DNA of 64,000 nucleotides from Gemmatales bacterium. Its GTDB lineage: Bacteria; Planctomycetota; Planctomycetia; Gemmatales; HRBIN36. The stretch spans positions 40,484-104,483 of the forward strand of contig JBEPZY010000008.1 of NCBI GenBank assembly GCA_041640595.1. The letters are read 5' to 3'. The stretch's first letter is position 1. Each line of letters opens with the position of its first letter. Under the pieces are notes generated by a model that had not been told where the DNA came from, ran no database searches, and was given only the letters and a program-made list of their open reading frames with translations. A program made the translations under genes and the position numbers. Below, piece by piece: positions 40,711-51,497 of the stretch.

Positions 40711-41755
40711 GAGCGGCGGGCGTCAGCCCGCCGTGGTTCGGGAAACGCACTTGCTGGACGATCCGATTTGCGTTCGGCGAACAACCGCACTAGGAGCGGC
40801 GGGCGTCAGCCCGCCGTGGTACCGAAAAACGCACCTGCAACGGGGAGCGATTTTCGGGCACTGATTGCATTAGCCACGCACGACGGGCCAGTGTACCACG
40901 GGGGGCTTACGCCCCCCGCTCTTGGTTGTGCGTGCGGTAGAGCCATGACGAGAGCGGCTTACGTTACCGGGACGCTTCGCCGCACAGCCACGGCTGGCTT
41001 ACCCCAGCCGCTCCTGGTGCACGGTGTCGGTCGCGCGAAAAAATAACGACATTCGCGGTGCACAAACGCACATTCTACAGGAGCGGCGGGCGTCAGCCCG
41101 CCGTGGGTTGGCAAACGCGCTTGCAGGACGATTCGATTTGTGTTCGGCGAATAACCGCACCAAGAGCGGCGGGCGTCAGCCCGCCGTGGTACCGAAAAAC
41201 GCACCTGCAACGGGGAGCGATTTCCGGGAACTGATTACATTCGCCACGCACCACGGGCCAGTGTACCACGGGGGGCTTACGCCCCCCGCTCTTGGTTGCG
41301 CGTACGGTAGAGCCGTGACAAGAGCGGCTTATGTTACCGGGACGCTTCGCCGCACAGCCACGGCTGGCTTACGCCAGCCGCTCCTGGTGCACGGTGTCGG
41401 TCGCGCGAAAAAATAACGACATTCGCGGTGCACAAACGCACATTCTACAGGAGCGGCGGGCGTCAGCCCGCCGTGGTTCGGGAAAGGCACTTGCAGGACG
41501 GTTCGATTTGCGTTCGGCGAATAACCGCACGAGGAGCGGCGGGGGTCAGCCCGCCGTGGTACCGAACAGCGCACCTGCAACGGGGAGCGATTTCCGGGAA
41601 CTGATTACATTCGCCACGCACGACGGGCCAGTGTACCACGGGGGGCTTACGCCCCCCGCTCCTGTGTTGCGGTGCGAATGTCTGCCGGCAAAAAAGCGAT
41701 TTTTGCGATGGACGAACGCATGTTCACAAGAGCGGCGGGGGTCAGCCCGCCGTGG
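40711..41755. repeat. Array of 12 REP-like palindromes within ~2.6 tandem copies of a 370-bp unit
   Basis: GAGCGGCGGG(C/G)GTCAGCCCGCCGTGG at 40711, 40794, 41081, 41164, 41451, 41534 and 41730. Reverse-orientation variants CCACGG(G/C)(G/T)GGCTTAC(G/C)CC(C/A)(C/G)CCGCTC at 40896, 40988, 41266, 41358 and 41636. Confidence 0.92.
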
Positions 41756-42142
41756 GTGACAACGTGACAGCAACGGCGATACGGCACACATTCGGACACG
41801 GTCATCACACCCGACCAGGAGCGATGGTCGCCAGTTCTCCGTGTGCTGCGAAACACCGTAACCATGATTCCGCACTTACCGGCAGTTCGATGCCGCAGGG
41901 GCAAGGTGAGCCACCACGCTGAGGTTGGGCCTGGCGTTGTCCGGACGGTCCGGAGGGAAAATTTTTGGCAAACTGGGCTTGACATAATGACATGCAGTTG
42001 ATTTTCTTTACAGCTGCAAAGCAGTTCGTCGCCCGGAACCGAACGGAGACGGAGATGCGAATGCGGAAGATCGCTGTCGGTGTGTGACCGACAGTCGTTG
42101 GTCAGAAGGGATTCGTCTCCACAAAAGGAAAGGAGGACACCT

Positions 42143-42742
42143 GTGGAGATCACCGAAATTCGCATCAAGCTCATGGACGAGAAGAAGGGTGGTAACGAAC
42201 GCTTGCAGGCGTTCTGTTCCATCACCTTCGACAACATGTTCGTGGTGCGTGACCTCAAGATTATTGAGGGAGCAAAAGGCCAGTTTGTGGCTATGCCGAG
42301 TCGCAAATTGGCCGACCGTTGCCCGACGTGTCGGTGCAAAAATCACCTGCAGGCCCGCTTCTGCAACAATTGTGGCCGGCGGTTGGATGAAAATCGCGCA
42401 CCACGCGATGCCAGCGGTCGAGTTCGGCTCCACGCTGACGTAGCCCATCCCATCAACGCTGCCTCCCGCGAGTACATCGAAAAGGCCATCCTCAAGGCCT
42501 ACTACGAGGAACTCGAGCGGGCCAAGCAGCCGGGCTACGTTTGCCGCTACGACGATTACGAAACTGAGGATGATTACGTCAGCTACGAGCCGATGACCGA
42601 AACCTGCACCGGTGGCGAAAAAATCCGTCGTGATGCCGGGCACGCCGCAGTTGCACCGCCGACGGCCACTACGAACGAATCCTGCTCGCGCAGCGAACCG
42701 CCTCGACCCTTCGGAGCGGGCGTGGAATCTGCGGCTAGCTGA
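42143..42742 (+). CDS. spoVG: SpoVG-family nucleic-acid-binding protein with zinc-ribbon insertion
   Basis: RBS aggagg plus GTG; EITEIRIKL, SITFDNMFVVRDLKIIEG, FVAMPSRK and DVAHPIN; CPTC..CNNC insert. Confidence 0.92.
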   Translation: MEITEIRIKLMDEKKGGNERLQAFCSITFDNMFVVRDLKIIEGAKGQFVAMPSRKLADRCPTCRCKNHLQARFCNNCGRRLDENRAPRDASGRVRLHADVAHPINAASREYIEKAILKAYYEELERAKQPGYVCRYDDYETEDDYVSYEPMTETCTGGEKIRRDAGHAAVAPPTATTNESCSRSEPPRPFGAGVESAAS

Positions 42743-43655
42743 ACGCTTCGAGCTTGGGCAGAGCGCACTCTTGCCCGGCCTGGATCAGGGCACGAAGATG
42801 CGCCCGGAGCCAGGCCCAATCGGTGCTGGTGTCCACATCATACCACGGCGGCAACAACGCCCAGCGTAACCGCGTGGTTTCCAGGCGCTGCACTGTCTGC
42901 TCGAACACCTGCGCACTGTCCCATGCTATGTCCGTAAAAATAGGCAGGCGTTGCTCTCCCAATAGCGCTGGCAACCGCTGTCGCATGTCCGGTTCCAAGG
43001 TCCGGTTCTCCGGCAGATGCGGTTGCACTGAGGGAAACAGTGTTAGCAGCCAGCGCAGCGACCATCGGCAACCGAGCAGATAGTATCCGCCATCCCAGGC
43101 CGGGCCGAGCACTACTTCCACTTGCCGCAGCCACTCTATAGCCGTTCCAATGTAGCCCAGTGGCAACGTAGGACTGTCTGTGCCGAGAAAAATTACCGCG
43201 TCCTGTCCAGCCGCCCATTCGCTCAAGAGCAGCGTCTGCAAACGTTCACCGAGGTCGCCCTTACTTTGGGGAAGCAGAACAAAATCCTGCCCCGCCAGTT
43301 CGGCAAACTGTGTAGCTGCCTGTTGCGGTGCATAGGCGAGCACTCGCCGCAACCGGACTGACTCCCGGCCACACCAGCTGAAACTGGCTGCTGGCAATTC
43401 CTGCAAGTCCCCCAGCCGCAAAGGCTGGCCAGAATCGCCTGGCGGTGCGAATCCCTGGCCTTTCGGTTGAGGCGGACCTGTGCAAAGTCCAAATGCCGCC
43501 GGGTTGGCCTTGCCCAGACGGAAAACCGTATCGGCAAGCATCGCCTGAGCGATCGCCAGTGCCTGTGTTTCACCAAGTTCCTGGGCAAGACGGGTTTTGC
43601 TCTGGCCAGCTTCGGGCCATTTCGCCATCACCACGAGGCTGATTCGCAGATTCAT
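42735..43655 (-). CDS. DUF2064 / TIGR04282-type glycosyltransferase-like protein
   Basis: MAKWPEAGQSKTRL, QSKGDLGERL, GTDSPTL, VLGPAWDGGYYLLG and WYDVDT motifs. Confidence 0.85.
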   Translation of the reverse strand: MNLRISLVVMAKWPEAGQSKTRLAQELGETQALAIAQAMLADTVFRLGKANPAAFGLCTGPPQPKGQGFAPPGDSGQPLRLGDLQELPAASFSWCGRESVRLRRVLAYAPQQAATQFAELAGQDFVLLPQSKGDLGERLQTLLLSEWAAGQDAVIFLGTDSPTLPLGYIGTAIEWLRQVEVVLGPAWDGGYYLLGCRWSLRWLLTLFPSVQPHLPENRTLEPDMRQRLPALLGEQRLPIFTDIAWDSAQVFEQTVQRLETTRLRWALLPPWYDVDTSTDWAWLRAHLRALIQAGQECALPKLEAFS

Positions 43656-43734
43656 GGTTACCGCAAACCGATGGGGGGTTGCAAATGGTATCCGTGGCTC
43701 GAATCGGTCTGGCGAGCCGCACCGCACGGGCATT

Positions 43735-44373
43735 TCACGAAGGCTTGATTTGAATGGTATGCACAATCGCCGGGGGCAGGTTGCACCATACCAGTTGCCG
43801 CGTCTCCTGATGGCGCTGGAAAAATTTTTCGGTCCACCTGCCGATGCAATACAGTCGGCGTTTCTCGCGTTTGCCGACAAACGGCATCTTCAACTGGCGA
43901 ATCCACAGGTACTCGAAATAAACCAGCCAGCCCCCTGGCCGTAGCAATCGCTCCATGTGGTCGAGAATCTCCCGGACTGTGGCTGCCGAGAAGTTGTTTA
44001 GAGGCAAACCGGAAATGATGCAATCGGCAGGCTGTTCCGGTTGAAACTCCTGAATGGGAACGGGATGCAGATAAACCTGCTCCAGGTACTGGCGAAAGAG
44101 CGATTCACGGGCAAACCGCACCTGCAGGAATTCCACGAAACGGGGATTGATTTCCACGAGGTCGAGGCGATCGCCGGCTTGCAGCGCGGGAAGTATCCAG
44201 GCGGTGATCGCTCCCGTTCCCGGTCCCACCTCCACGATTCGCCAGGGAGGCCGGGGCTGGCGCAATATCGCCGTCATCGCCCGAGCCAGGAATCGGCTGC
44301 TCGGTGCGATGGCTCCAGTATGCTGAAAATCCCGCCACCATTCAGCCCAAAAGTGTATCCAGCTCCGCCACAT
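43735..44373 (-). CDS. Phospholipid/ornithine-lipid N-methyltransferase family protein (PmtA-like)
   Basis: TGAIAPSSRFLA, VEVGPGTGAIT, VEIN, IISGLP and NLPPA motifs. Confidence 0.85.
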   Translation of the reverse strand: MWRSWIHFWAEWWRDFQHTGAIAPSSRFLARAMTAILRQPRPPWRIVEVGPGTGAITAWILPALQAGDRLDLVEINPRFVEFLQVRFARESLFRQYLEQVYLHPVPIQEFQPEQPADCIISGLPLNNFSAATVREILDHMERLLRPGGWLVYFEYLWIRQLKMPFVGKREKRRLYCIGRWTEKFFQRHQETRQLVWCNLPPAIVHTIQIKPS

Positions 44374-44712
44374 GATCCGCTTGCCGTCTCGTCTCCGTCG
44401 CCAGCTGAGCCGTGGGTTCGCCGATAGCGTTCGGCTGATTCGGCCGGGCATCGTCCGGTTCACGTCGTCCTATGTTGCGGCGCTCTCCGACACCTGCCGG
44501 GCGCTCAGCCCCTGTCCACAAATTAGCGAATACTTCTGCACACGGCGCTGGGGGACCGGTACTTTCCCGATACGCTCGCGATTCGTTGCATGAGCGGTTC
44601 GACAAACTAACCCCAGGGACGAAAAGGAGCAAGCAGGCACTGCCGCTAGCCAACGGCAAGTTTTTCCGTTTCAGGAGCCGGTGCCGTTGTCGCCTGTGGA
44701 CAATTCTCGTGA

Positions 44713-44751
44713 TTTAGGTAAAACTAAACACAATGATTAGACTAAACTAAT
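44713..44751. promoter_or_regulatory. Two tandem DtxR/MntR/TroR-type operator palindromes
   Basis: TTTAG-GTAAAA-CTAAA (44713-28) and ATTAG-ACTAAA-CTAAT (44736-51) in an AT-rich patch upstream of the metal ABC transporter. Confidence 0.72.
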
Positions 44752-44929
44752 CTACGGAGCTTCCACGACGGAATGTGAAATTGCGGCGGATGGGCTTGCC
44801 CTGGCGGCAATTGTGGCGAATCAACTTCCCGCCACACGCCCAAGCGAAGCCAGGATTGGCTCTGCAACGCTTTTTGCGGTGGATACAAATAGCGGCCAGC
44901 GCTTGCCTACGCCCTGACGGAAACGCCAC

Positions 44930-46021
44930 ATGCCAACGCATGGCCATAACGACACGCCAGCAGATGCTTGCACTGAGCGCATTGAAGATGAAAAATCACC
45001 AGCCGGAGTCTCGGTGAGGCTGAGCAGACTGAAGGTCACCTGGGTTTGGCTCATCCTGGGGTTGCTGCTGAGTGTGGCCGTCAGCGGTTGCGGGTCGGGT
45101 TCTGAAGCTCCAGCTTCCATGCCGCTGGTGGAAGACGGCCAGGTGCGCGTTCCCTGGACGTTTCGCGGCAGTTATCCGATTCGTGTGGTGTGCACGACGG
45201 GAATGGTGGGGGACCTGGTTCGCCACACCGGCGGGGAATGGGTGCAGGTGCACGTGTTGATGGGGCCGGGCGTGGACCCGCACCTGTACAAAGCCCGTCC
45301 CAATGACGTGGCACTTCTTCAGCGGGCCGATCTTGTCTTTTATTCCGGTCTGCATTTGGAAGGGAAAATGGCGGAGGTTCTGGAAAATTTGCCGAAGCAA
45401 GGGCGCCTGGCGTTTGCGGTGACCGCAGCCCTGTCGCATCACGATTTGCTTGCCGAAGGCGAGCAATTCGATCCGCACGTATGGTTTGATGTACGATTGT
45501 GGCACAAATGTTTGCTTTTGGTGCGCGATGTGTTTATGCAATATGATCCTCAGCATGCCGAAGATTATCGCCGCAATGCTGAGGCTTACGGCAAGCGGTT
45601 GCTGGATTTAGACCAGTGGGCCCGGGAACAGATCCAGCAAATTCCGCCGAAACAACGCCTGTTAGTGACTGCCCACGATGCCTTTCGCTATTTTGGCCGG
45701 GCTTATGGCATTGAGGTACACGGGATTCAGGGGATCAGTACCGAAAGCGAAGCCAGCACCGTAGAAATAGATGCCCTGGTGGAGCTGCTGGTAACCCGCA
45801 ACGTCAAAGCGATTTTTGTCGAAAGCAGTGTCAATCCGCGAAACGTCCAGGCCGTGGTGGAAGGTTGCCGACGCCGCGGACATAAGCTTCGCATTGGCGG
45901 CGAATTATATTCCGATGCGATGGGCGAATACCGGCCTGGCGTCACTGATGAAGACAACCCGGGCACCTATCTGGGCATGATGCGCCACAATGTCCGCACG
46001 ATTGTCGAGGCGTTACGGTGA
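44930..46021 (+). CDS. troA: Mn/Zn/Fe ABC transporter substrate-binding lipoprotein (TroA-like)
   Basis: Lipobox-like [32 protein letters not shown] and LYSDAMG motifs; start uncertain. Confidence 0.9.
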   Translation: MPTHGHNDTPADACTERIEDEKSPAGVSVRLSRLKVTWVWLILGLLLSVAVSGCGSGSEAPASMPLVEDGQVRVPWTFRGSYPIRVVCTTGMVGDLVRHTGGEWVQVHVLMGPGVDPHLYKARPNDVALLQRADLVFYSGLHLEGKMAEVLENLPKQGRLAFAVTAALSHHDLLAEGEQFDPHVWFDVRLWHKCLLLVRDVFMQYDPQHAEDYRRNAEAYGKRLLDLDQWAREQIQQIPPKQRLLVTAHDAFRYFGRAYGIEVHGIQGISTESEASTVEIDALVELLVTRNVKAIFVESSVNPRNVQAVVEGCRRRGHKLRIGGELYSDAMGEYRPGVTDEDNPGTYLGMMRHNVRTIVEALR

Positions 46022-46088
46022 TCCGGCCCGTTGGCAGCGCGGGACCACGCCAGCCGCCAGGAACGAGGTACTAATCGGAGCCGCTGTC

Positions 46089-46868
46089 ATGCAAGCAAAA
46101 GCGAATGGCGAAACCGTGCTGGATGTCCATGACGTTACCGTGGCATACGATCGCCAGCCGGTGCTCTGGGATGTGGACTGGACTTTACGGGAACCGGCAC
46201 TGGTAGCGATTGTCGGGCCGAACGGGGCTGGCAAGAGCACCTTGCTCAAGGCCATCCTCGGACTGGTGCCGCTACTGAGCGGCGAGGTGCGGCTGTTCGG
46301 CCAACCTGTGTCCCGGGTGCGACCCCGTGTCGCTTACGTTCCGCAACGTGAAAGCCTGGATTGGGACTACCCGGCTACTGTGTTCGACGTCGTGTTGATG
46401 GGAACATACGGGCGGCTCGGCTGGTTTCGCCGACCTGGTAAAGCTGAGCGCGACCTGGCGCGGCGCTGTCTGGAACAACTTGGGCTGAGTGGCCTGGAAA
46501 ATCGCCAGATCGGAGAACTTTCCGGCGGACAGCAACAACGCTTGTTCCTGGCTCGGGCACTGGCTCAGCAAGCGGAGATCTACCTGATGGACGAACCGCT
46601 GGCCGGCGTGGATGCGGCGACGGAGCGGGTCTTCTGGACGTTGCTGCAGGAACTTCGCCAGCAGAACCGCACCGTTATTGTCGTCCATCATGACCTGCGC
46701 AGCGTTCCCGAACGTTTCGAGCAGGTGGTGCTCCTGAACACGCGAATCATTGCCAGTGGCCCGACGCAGGAAGTCTTTACGCCCGAAAACCTGCAACGTA
46801 CTTATGGCGGTCGGCTGATGATTCTGGAGGAAGCCGGCCAACTTCTGCCCAGGACACGCCGACCATGA
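46089..46868 (+). CDS. troB: Metal ABC transporter ATP-binding protein (TroB-like)
   Basis: [22 protein letters not shown] and VHHDL motifs. Confidence 0.92.
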   Translation: MQAKANGETVLDVHDVTVAYDRQPVLWDVDWTLREPALVAIVGPNGAGKSTLLKAILGLVPLLSGEVRLFGQPVSRVRPRVAYVPQRESLDWDYPATVFDVVLMGTYGRLGWFRRPGKAERDLARRCLEQLGLSGLENRQIGELSGGQQQRLFLARALAQQAEIYLMDEPLAGVDAATERVFWTLLQELRQQNRTVIVVHHDLRSVPERFEQVVLLNTRIIASGPTQEVFTPENLQRTYGGRLMILEEAGQLLPRTRRP

Positions 46869-47698
46869 GCCACACCCTGCTGGTCATTTTGGGAACTGCT
46901 CTGCTGGGTCTGGCTGCCGGCATTGTTGGTGTTCTGGCCATGCTTCGCCGACAGGCTTTGCTTGGCGACGTGCTTGCCCATGCCACATTGCCCGGACTGG
47001 CCCTGGCTTTTCTGGTAGTTGCGAGCAAGCAAATCGAGGCTCTGCTGCTGGGTGCTATCGTGTCCTGTGTAGCTGCCGCGCTGACCGTCTGGATACTCGA
47101 CCGCTGGACGCGACTTAAAGCCGATGCCCGGCTCGGACTCGTACTGGGGGTATTTTTCGGAACGGGCATGGCTGTTTTGGGAAGTGTGCAGGACGTACCG
47201 GGTGGCGGGCAGGCTGGCCTGGAGGCCTACCTTTTCGGCAAACCTGCCGGAATGCTCCAGCGCGATCTCGTTTGGCTGAGCGTGCTGGCCAGCGTTTGTC
47301 TGATGCTTGTCGTTCTGTGTTACAAGGAGTTCCAGCTACTGACTTTCGACGCCGCTTTTGCCCGTGCCCAGGGCTGGCCAGTGCAATTCCTGGATGTGTT
47401 GCTGCTGGGCTTAGTCGTGCTCGTCGTCGTCATCGGACTGCCCGTAGTCGGAGTGGTCATGGTCTCGGCCATGCTGATCCTGCCGGCAGCCACGGCGCGA
47501 TTCTGGACGAATCGTTTGCATGTGCTCTTACTGCTGGCGGGAACGCTGGGTGCCAGCATGGGTGTTGTCGGCACGCTGATTAGCACCCACATTCCGGAAT
47601 TACCGGCCGGCCCGACCATCATTCTGAGCGGCACGGTCTTTTTTGCACTATCGCTGCTGTTTGGAGCCAAACGTGGTCTTTTGATTCGCCGACGGTGA
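46865..47698 (+). CDS. troC: Metal ABC transporter permease (TroC-like)
   Basis: [17 protein letters not shown] and [10 protein letters not shown] motifs; multiple transmembrane helices. Confidence 0.9.
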   Translation: MSHTLLVILGTALLGLAAGIVGVLAMLRRQALLGDVLAHATLPGLALAFLVVASKQIEALLLGAIVSCVAAALTVWILDRWTRLKADARLGLVLGVFFGTGMAVLGSVQDVPGGGQAGLEAYLFGKPAGMLQRDLVWLSVLASVCLMLVVLCYKEFQLLTFDAAFARAQGWPVQFLDVLLLGLVVLVVVIGLPVVGVVMVSAMLILPAATARFWTNRLHVLLLLAGTLGASMGVVGTLISTHIPELPAGPTIILSGTVFFALSLLFGAKRGLLIRRR

Positions 47699-48015
47699 AC
47701 GCTCCATCACTGCCGGCTTCCGTTGACAAACGGCCCAATCTGGCAAGACATGGAACGGATAACAGGAAACTTTTTTGGGATGAGCTGGCACTCGTAGGTC
47801 GCCCAATCCGTGCCGGGTTACCGAATCTATGGCCGCTGAACCATCTGGTAATGCCGCGTTTACTAAAAGATGCCCAGCGCGGCGGGTTACCGATGCGTAG
47901 CGGCTGGACGCTGGCTGTGTTCCGTTTGCCCCAGGCCATTCGTCAGCGGGTCAACGGTATTTTCCGCAACCCCAACATGCCCCGTAGGACCGTCGTGATC
48001 TGCCACCTTCATCCG

Positions 48016-48546
48016 TCAACGGGGCAAAGGCACCTCCCGCAACTCCATTGGGCCGCCGCAACATTCGCATACGCCTTTTTCGGGATAGTCCCGGCGAATG
48101 GCACAGGTTTCGCACCAGTAGTACACTTCGTGAGGTACGCCGTTTTTCAGAGTGTAAAAGCGGTCAATCACCAGGACACTGCCTCCGCCCGTCAGTCGTC
48201 CCCGTACCTGCAACGGTCGGTTGAGTAAGCGTCCATCCTGAAACAACGCACGACTCCCCAGCGTCTTGACGATCGGTAGCAGCTTGCCGTCCTGAGTGCG
48301 TAACGCCAGAACGAAAGGCACCGCATCGGCGTCCACCTGCACATCGTCGGCTTTCAAAAGCTCGGCCAGCTTCACGACCTGACCTTCCAGAGTCAATGTC
48401 GCAGTGCTCGGTTTCGCATCTGACCAAACCGCAACTTCCAGGCCCAATATCGCCGCCAACAGCAAAGGCAGCACGAACCACGGGGCGCGGCTGGAGGTGC
48501 TGGCAGGCTGGTTCCGACTATTTGCATGGCTGAGCGCGAACCCCAT
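48016..48546 (-). CDS. Exported hypothetical protein with C-terminal CxxC...CxCC motif
   Basis: N-terminal hydrophobic segment; YYWCETCAI...GVCECCGGPME. Confidence 0.75.
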   Translation of the reverse strand: MGFALSHANSRNQPASTSSRAPWFVLPLLLAAILGLEVAVWSDAKPSTATLTLEGQVVKLAELLKADDVQVDADAVPFVLALRTQDGKLLPIVKTLGSRALFQDGRLLNRPLQVRGRLTGGGSVLVIDRFYTLKNGVPHEVYYWCETCAIRRDYPEKGVCECCGGPMELREVPLPR

Positions 48547-48598
48547 GCTATCCCCCTTTCGATGTCGCTTGCTGCTGGCGCAAGAGCGTAGCTTTCGC

Positions 48599-50023
48599 TT
48601 ACACATCTCGCCAGATGTCGGCCGAGCTTTCTTCTTCGTCGGCGTGTTTACGCTGGTCCGCCTGGACTGCGACGGAAGTTTCGGCTGGCGGTTCGCTGGC
48701 TTTGCGCTTGCGCTGATCCTCCTTATCGCGGAGAATCAGGCGGATCGGCACTTCTTTATACGGCAATTGCTCACGGAACACTTTGAGTAAGTAGCGCAGG
48801 TAGGGCGGATCGAATAGCTCCACGCCGTTGGTCATGAGCACAATGGTGGGAGGGTGAACGGCTACCTGGGTGCCGTAATAAATGCGCGGTGTGCGATTCT
48901 GGCGAACAGGTGGCGATTGTCTATGGACAGCCCATTGCAGGACCCGATTGAGTTCGCTGGTGGGCACACGCTGACCCGCCTGCTGGTGCAGCAGTTCGGC
49001 AAGTTCCAGGAGCCCTGCCACATTTTTGCCGGTCCTGGCGCTGATGAAGGCAATGGGCACATAATCGAGGGCGGGAAAAGTGGCCTGCAGATATTCCGCC
49101 CACCGATCGGTCGGGATGCGCTGCTGAGCCAGGTCCCACTTGTTGACGACGAAGATGGTCGGCTTTTCATGCTCGACGATCAGGTGAGCCAGCTGCTTGT
49201 CCACGCGACTCACCGTCTGGGTGGCGTCGAACAGGTGCAAAACCACATCGGCACGCTTGATAGCACGTTCGGCACGCTTCAGGCTGTAAAACTCGATACT
49301 GTTCTGAATGCTGCGGCGCTTTCGCAAGCCGGCTGTGTCAATGGCCAGGAAGACTTTTCCATCGAGCTCGAAACGCACATCCACACTGTCGCGGGTGGTA
49401 CCGGCGAGTTCACTGACGATGACCCGCTCCTGCTGGGCCAGCCGATTGATGAGGGTGCTTTTGCCCACATTGCGGCGACCGACAATGGCCAGTTTGAGTC
49501 CTACCTCCGGCGGTGCTTCTGCGCTGGCTGGTAAGTGGGCCAGCAGGGATTGCAACAATTTCTCGCCGCCACGCTTCTGGTGGGCACTGACGCACAACGG
49601 TTCGCCAAAACCTAACCGGCAAAATTCGCCCGCCTGGTATTCGAGAGCCCTGGTATCGCACTTGTTGGCCACCAGCACGACAGGTTTGCCAAGTTGCCGC
49701 AACCGTTCGGCGACGTGCTGATCCAGCGGTACCAGGCCATCACGCACGTCCACGACAAATAGAATCAGGTCGGCTTCCCGCAGGGCATATTCGATCTGCC
49801 GCTCAATGTGCTCGCGAAGCTGCTCCCGTTCGTCCAGGCCCAATCCTGCGGTGTCGCAAATCTCGAAATGCCGACCATCCACTTCTACGGTGGCGGTGAG
49901 CCGATCGCGCGTAGTTCCCGCGGTGGGGTCCACGATGGCAATTTGCCGACCCGCCAGCCAGTTGAATAACGAAGATTTGCCGACGTTTGGTCGGCCGACG
50001 ATGGCTACTTTTGGTAACGGCAT
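48599..50023 (-). CDS. der: Ribosome biogenesis GTPase Der (EngA)
   Basis: Two tandem G domains (GRPNVGKS, GRRNVGKS, DTAG, NKxD). Confidence 0.97.
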   Translation of the reverse strand: MPLPKVAIVGRPNVGKSSLFNWLAGRQIAIVDPTAGTTRDRLTATVEVDGRHFEICDTAGLGLDEREQLREHIERQIEYALREADLILFVVDVRDGLVPLDQHVAERLRQLGKPVVLVANKCDTRALEYQAGEFCRLGFGEPLCVSAHQKRGGEKLLQSLLAHLPASAEAPPEVGLKLAIVGRRNVGKSTLINRLAQQERVIVSELAGTTRDSVDVRFELDGKVFLAIDTAGLRKRRSIQNSIEFYSLKRAERAIKRADVVLHLFDATQTVSRVDKQLAHLIVEHEKPTIFVVNKWDLAQQRIPTDRWAEYLQATFPALDYVPIAFISARTGKNVAGLLELAELLHQQAGQRVPTSELNRVLQWAVHRQSPPVRQNRTPRIYYGTQVAVHPPTIVLMTNGVELFDPPYLRYLLKVFREQLPYKEVPIRLILRDKEDQRKRKASEPPAETSVAVQADQRKHADEEESSADIWRDV

Positions 50024-50235
50024 GGATGGTTCTCGCTTGATGGTTTCGGAAGGTTTGGTCGCAAGCCCGGCATCGTGCGGGCCTGGATATTTTGTTTAGC
50101 CAGGCTCAGGGCTGTCGGTTCTTTTTATGCACAGCTTACCGCTCACCGGTTGCCAACGCCGGGAAAAGCTGTCATCTGGCCTGGCAGCGTGACCGGCCGT
50201 GATCGCTGAAAAACACCGAGGCCCGACCATGCCGG

Positions 50236-50736
50236 CTAAATCAGGTCAAGCCGGCGCTTGTTACTGCGGGAACGCACACAATCTGCACACAGGCCACGCA
50301 CGACCAGATTGTGCCGGCTGGGCTGAAACCCGTGTTGTCGGCAGACCGACTCATAGACCGATTCCAGCTGGGGCGCTTCGAATTCTATCACCTTGCCGCA
50401 GTCGTCGCAAACCAGGTGCTCATGCTGCGGATATCCGTAGTCATGCTCATAAGCCACGCGATTGCCCAGCTGCACGCGCCGCAACAAGCCCGCGTTGACC
50501 AGCTTATTGAGCGTGCGATAAACAGTGGCCCGGCTAATATCGAGGTTAGCCCGATCCAGTTCCGAGCAAAGCTGCTCGGCGTCAAAGTGATTGTGCCGCG
50601 AAAAAATAAAGAGGATCATCTGTCGCTGCGCTTCGGTGAAACGAAGCGGTTTCGGTCGGCTCGCCAGATATTCCCGGAACCGAGCCACCGCGCTTTCCGG
50701 TGTTTGTAAAGGACGTTGCAACAGAGCTTCGGTCAT
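50236..50736 (-). CDS. fur: Fur-family transcriptional regulator
   Basis: ISRATVYRTL, HEHLVCDDCG and GLCADC motifs. Confidence 0.9.
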   Translation of the reverse strand: MTEALLQRPLQTPESAVARFREYLASRPKPLRFTEAQRQMILFIFSRHNHFDAEQLCSELDRANLDISRATVYRTLNKLVNAGLLRRVQLGNRVAYEHDYGYPQHEHLVCDDCGKVIEFEAPQLESVYESVCRQHGFQPSRHNLVVRGLCADCVRSRSNKRRLDLI

Positions 50737-50813
50737 GGTTTCACCCGCGCCAGGTGTAGCAGCCAATCGGCCAGCGTAAGTGCGTTCGAACCATTATACG
50801 GTGCGCCCGCGGT

Positions 50814-51497
50814 TCAGAGAGACAGGGAACCGCCCACGGGCAATACCGTAGCTTCCACACCGGTTTCTTTGCGGACTCGCTCAGCCCAGGCGTGGGCGTC
50901 CTGGCGAATGATGTCCCAGGTGTTGTAGTGAATGGGCACTACCCGCCGCGGACGTAACAATTTCACCGCTCGAATCGCATCTTCCGGGCCCATAGTGAAA
51001 TTGTCGCCGATGGGCAAAAGCGCCAGGTCAATTCCCTCCTCGCCGATCAGAGCCAGGTCGCCAAACAATCCGGTATCTCCCGCATGATAGACCTTGCCCG
51101 CTTCCAGATAAAGCAGAAGCCCGGCTGGATTGCCCCCATAGCTGCCGTCCGGAAGACCCGAACCGTGAAAAGCTGGTGTCAGCTTCAGTCGGCCGAAGGG
51201 GAACGCACGACTTCCGCCGATGTGCATCGGGTGAACCTGGTTCCATCCCTGGTTTTGCAGCCAGGTGATAATTTCGTAATTGCTGATGACGGTAGCACCG
51301 GTCCGTCGGGCAATGCTCAGCGTATCGCCAACATGGTCGGCGTGCCCGTGGGTCAGGAGGATAAAATCGGCAGCCACTGCGTCAGGGGATACCGGCGGAT
51401 GTGGTTGTCCCGACAGGAACGGGTCAATGAGAATGCTGTGCCGATCTGTGCGAATTTGTACGCAGGCATGTCCCAGCCAGGTGACCTGTGTGGCCAT
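50814..51497 (-). CDS. Metallo-beta-lactamase-fold hydrolase (UPF0173)
   Basis: WLGHA, THGHADH, YHAGDT, LPIGDNFTMG and PIHYNT motifs. Confidence 0.92.
   Translation of the reverse strand: MATQVTWLGHACVQIRTDRHSILIDPFLSGQPHPPVSPDAVAADFILLTHGHADHVGDTLSIARRTGATVISNYEIITWLQNQGWNQVHPMHIGGSRAFPFGRLKLTPAFHGSGLPDGSYGGNPAGLLLYLEAGKVYHAGDTGLFGDLALIGEEGIDLALLPIGDNFTMGPEDAIRAVKLLRPRRVVPIHYNTWDIIRQDAHAWAERVRKETGVEATVLPVGGSLSL

Noticed and set aside
40672..41875. Several 60-140 aa ORFs with HGGLTPPA motifs
   Set aside because: They are translations of the REP-like palindromic array and lack RBS or domain features.
47695..48228. 177-aa plus-strand ORF as a possible troD/troR
   Set aside because: No transmembrane or HTH features, and it overlaps the better-supported minus-strand gene.
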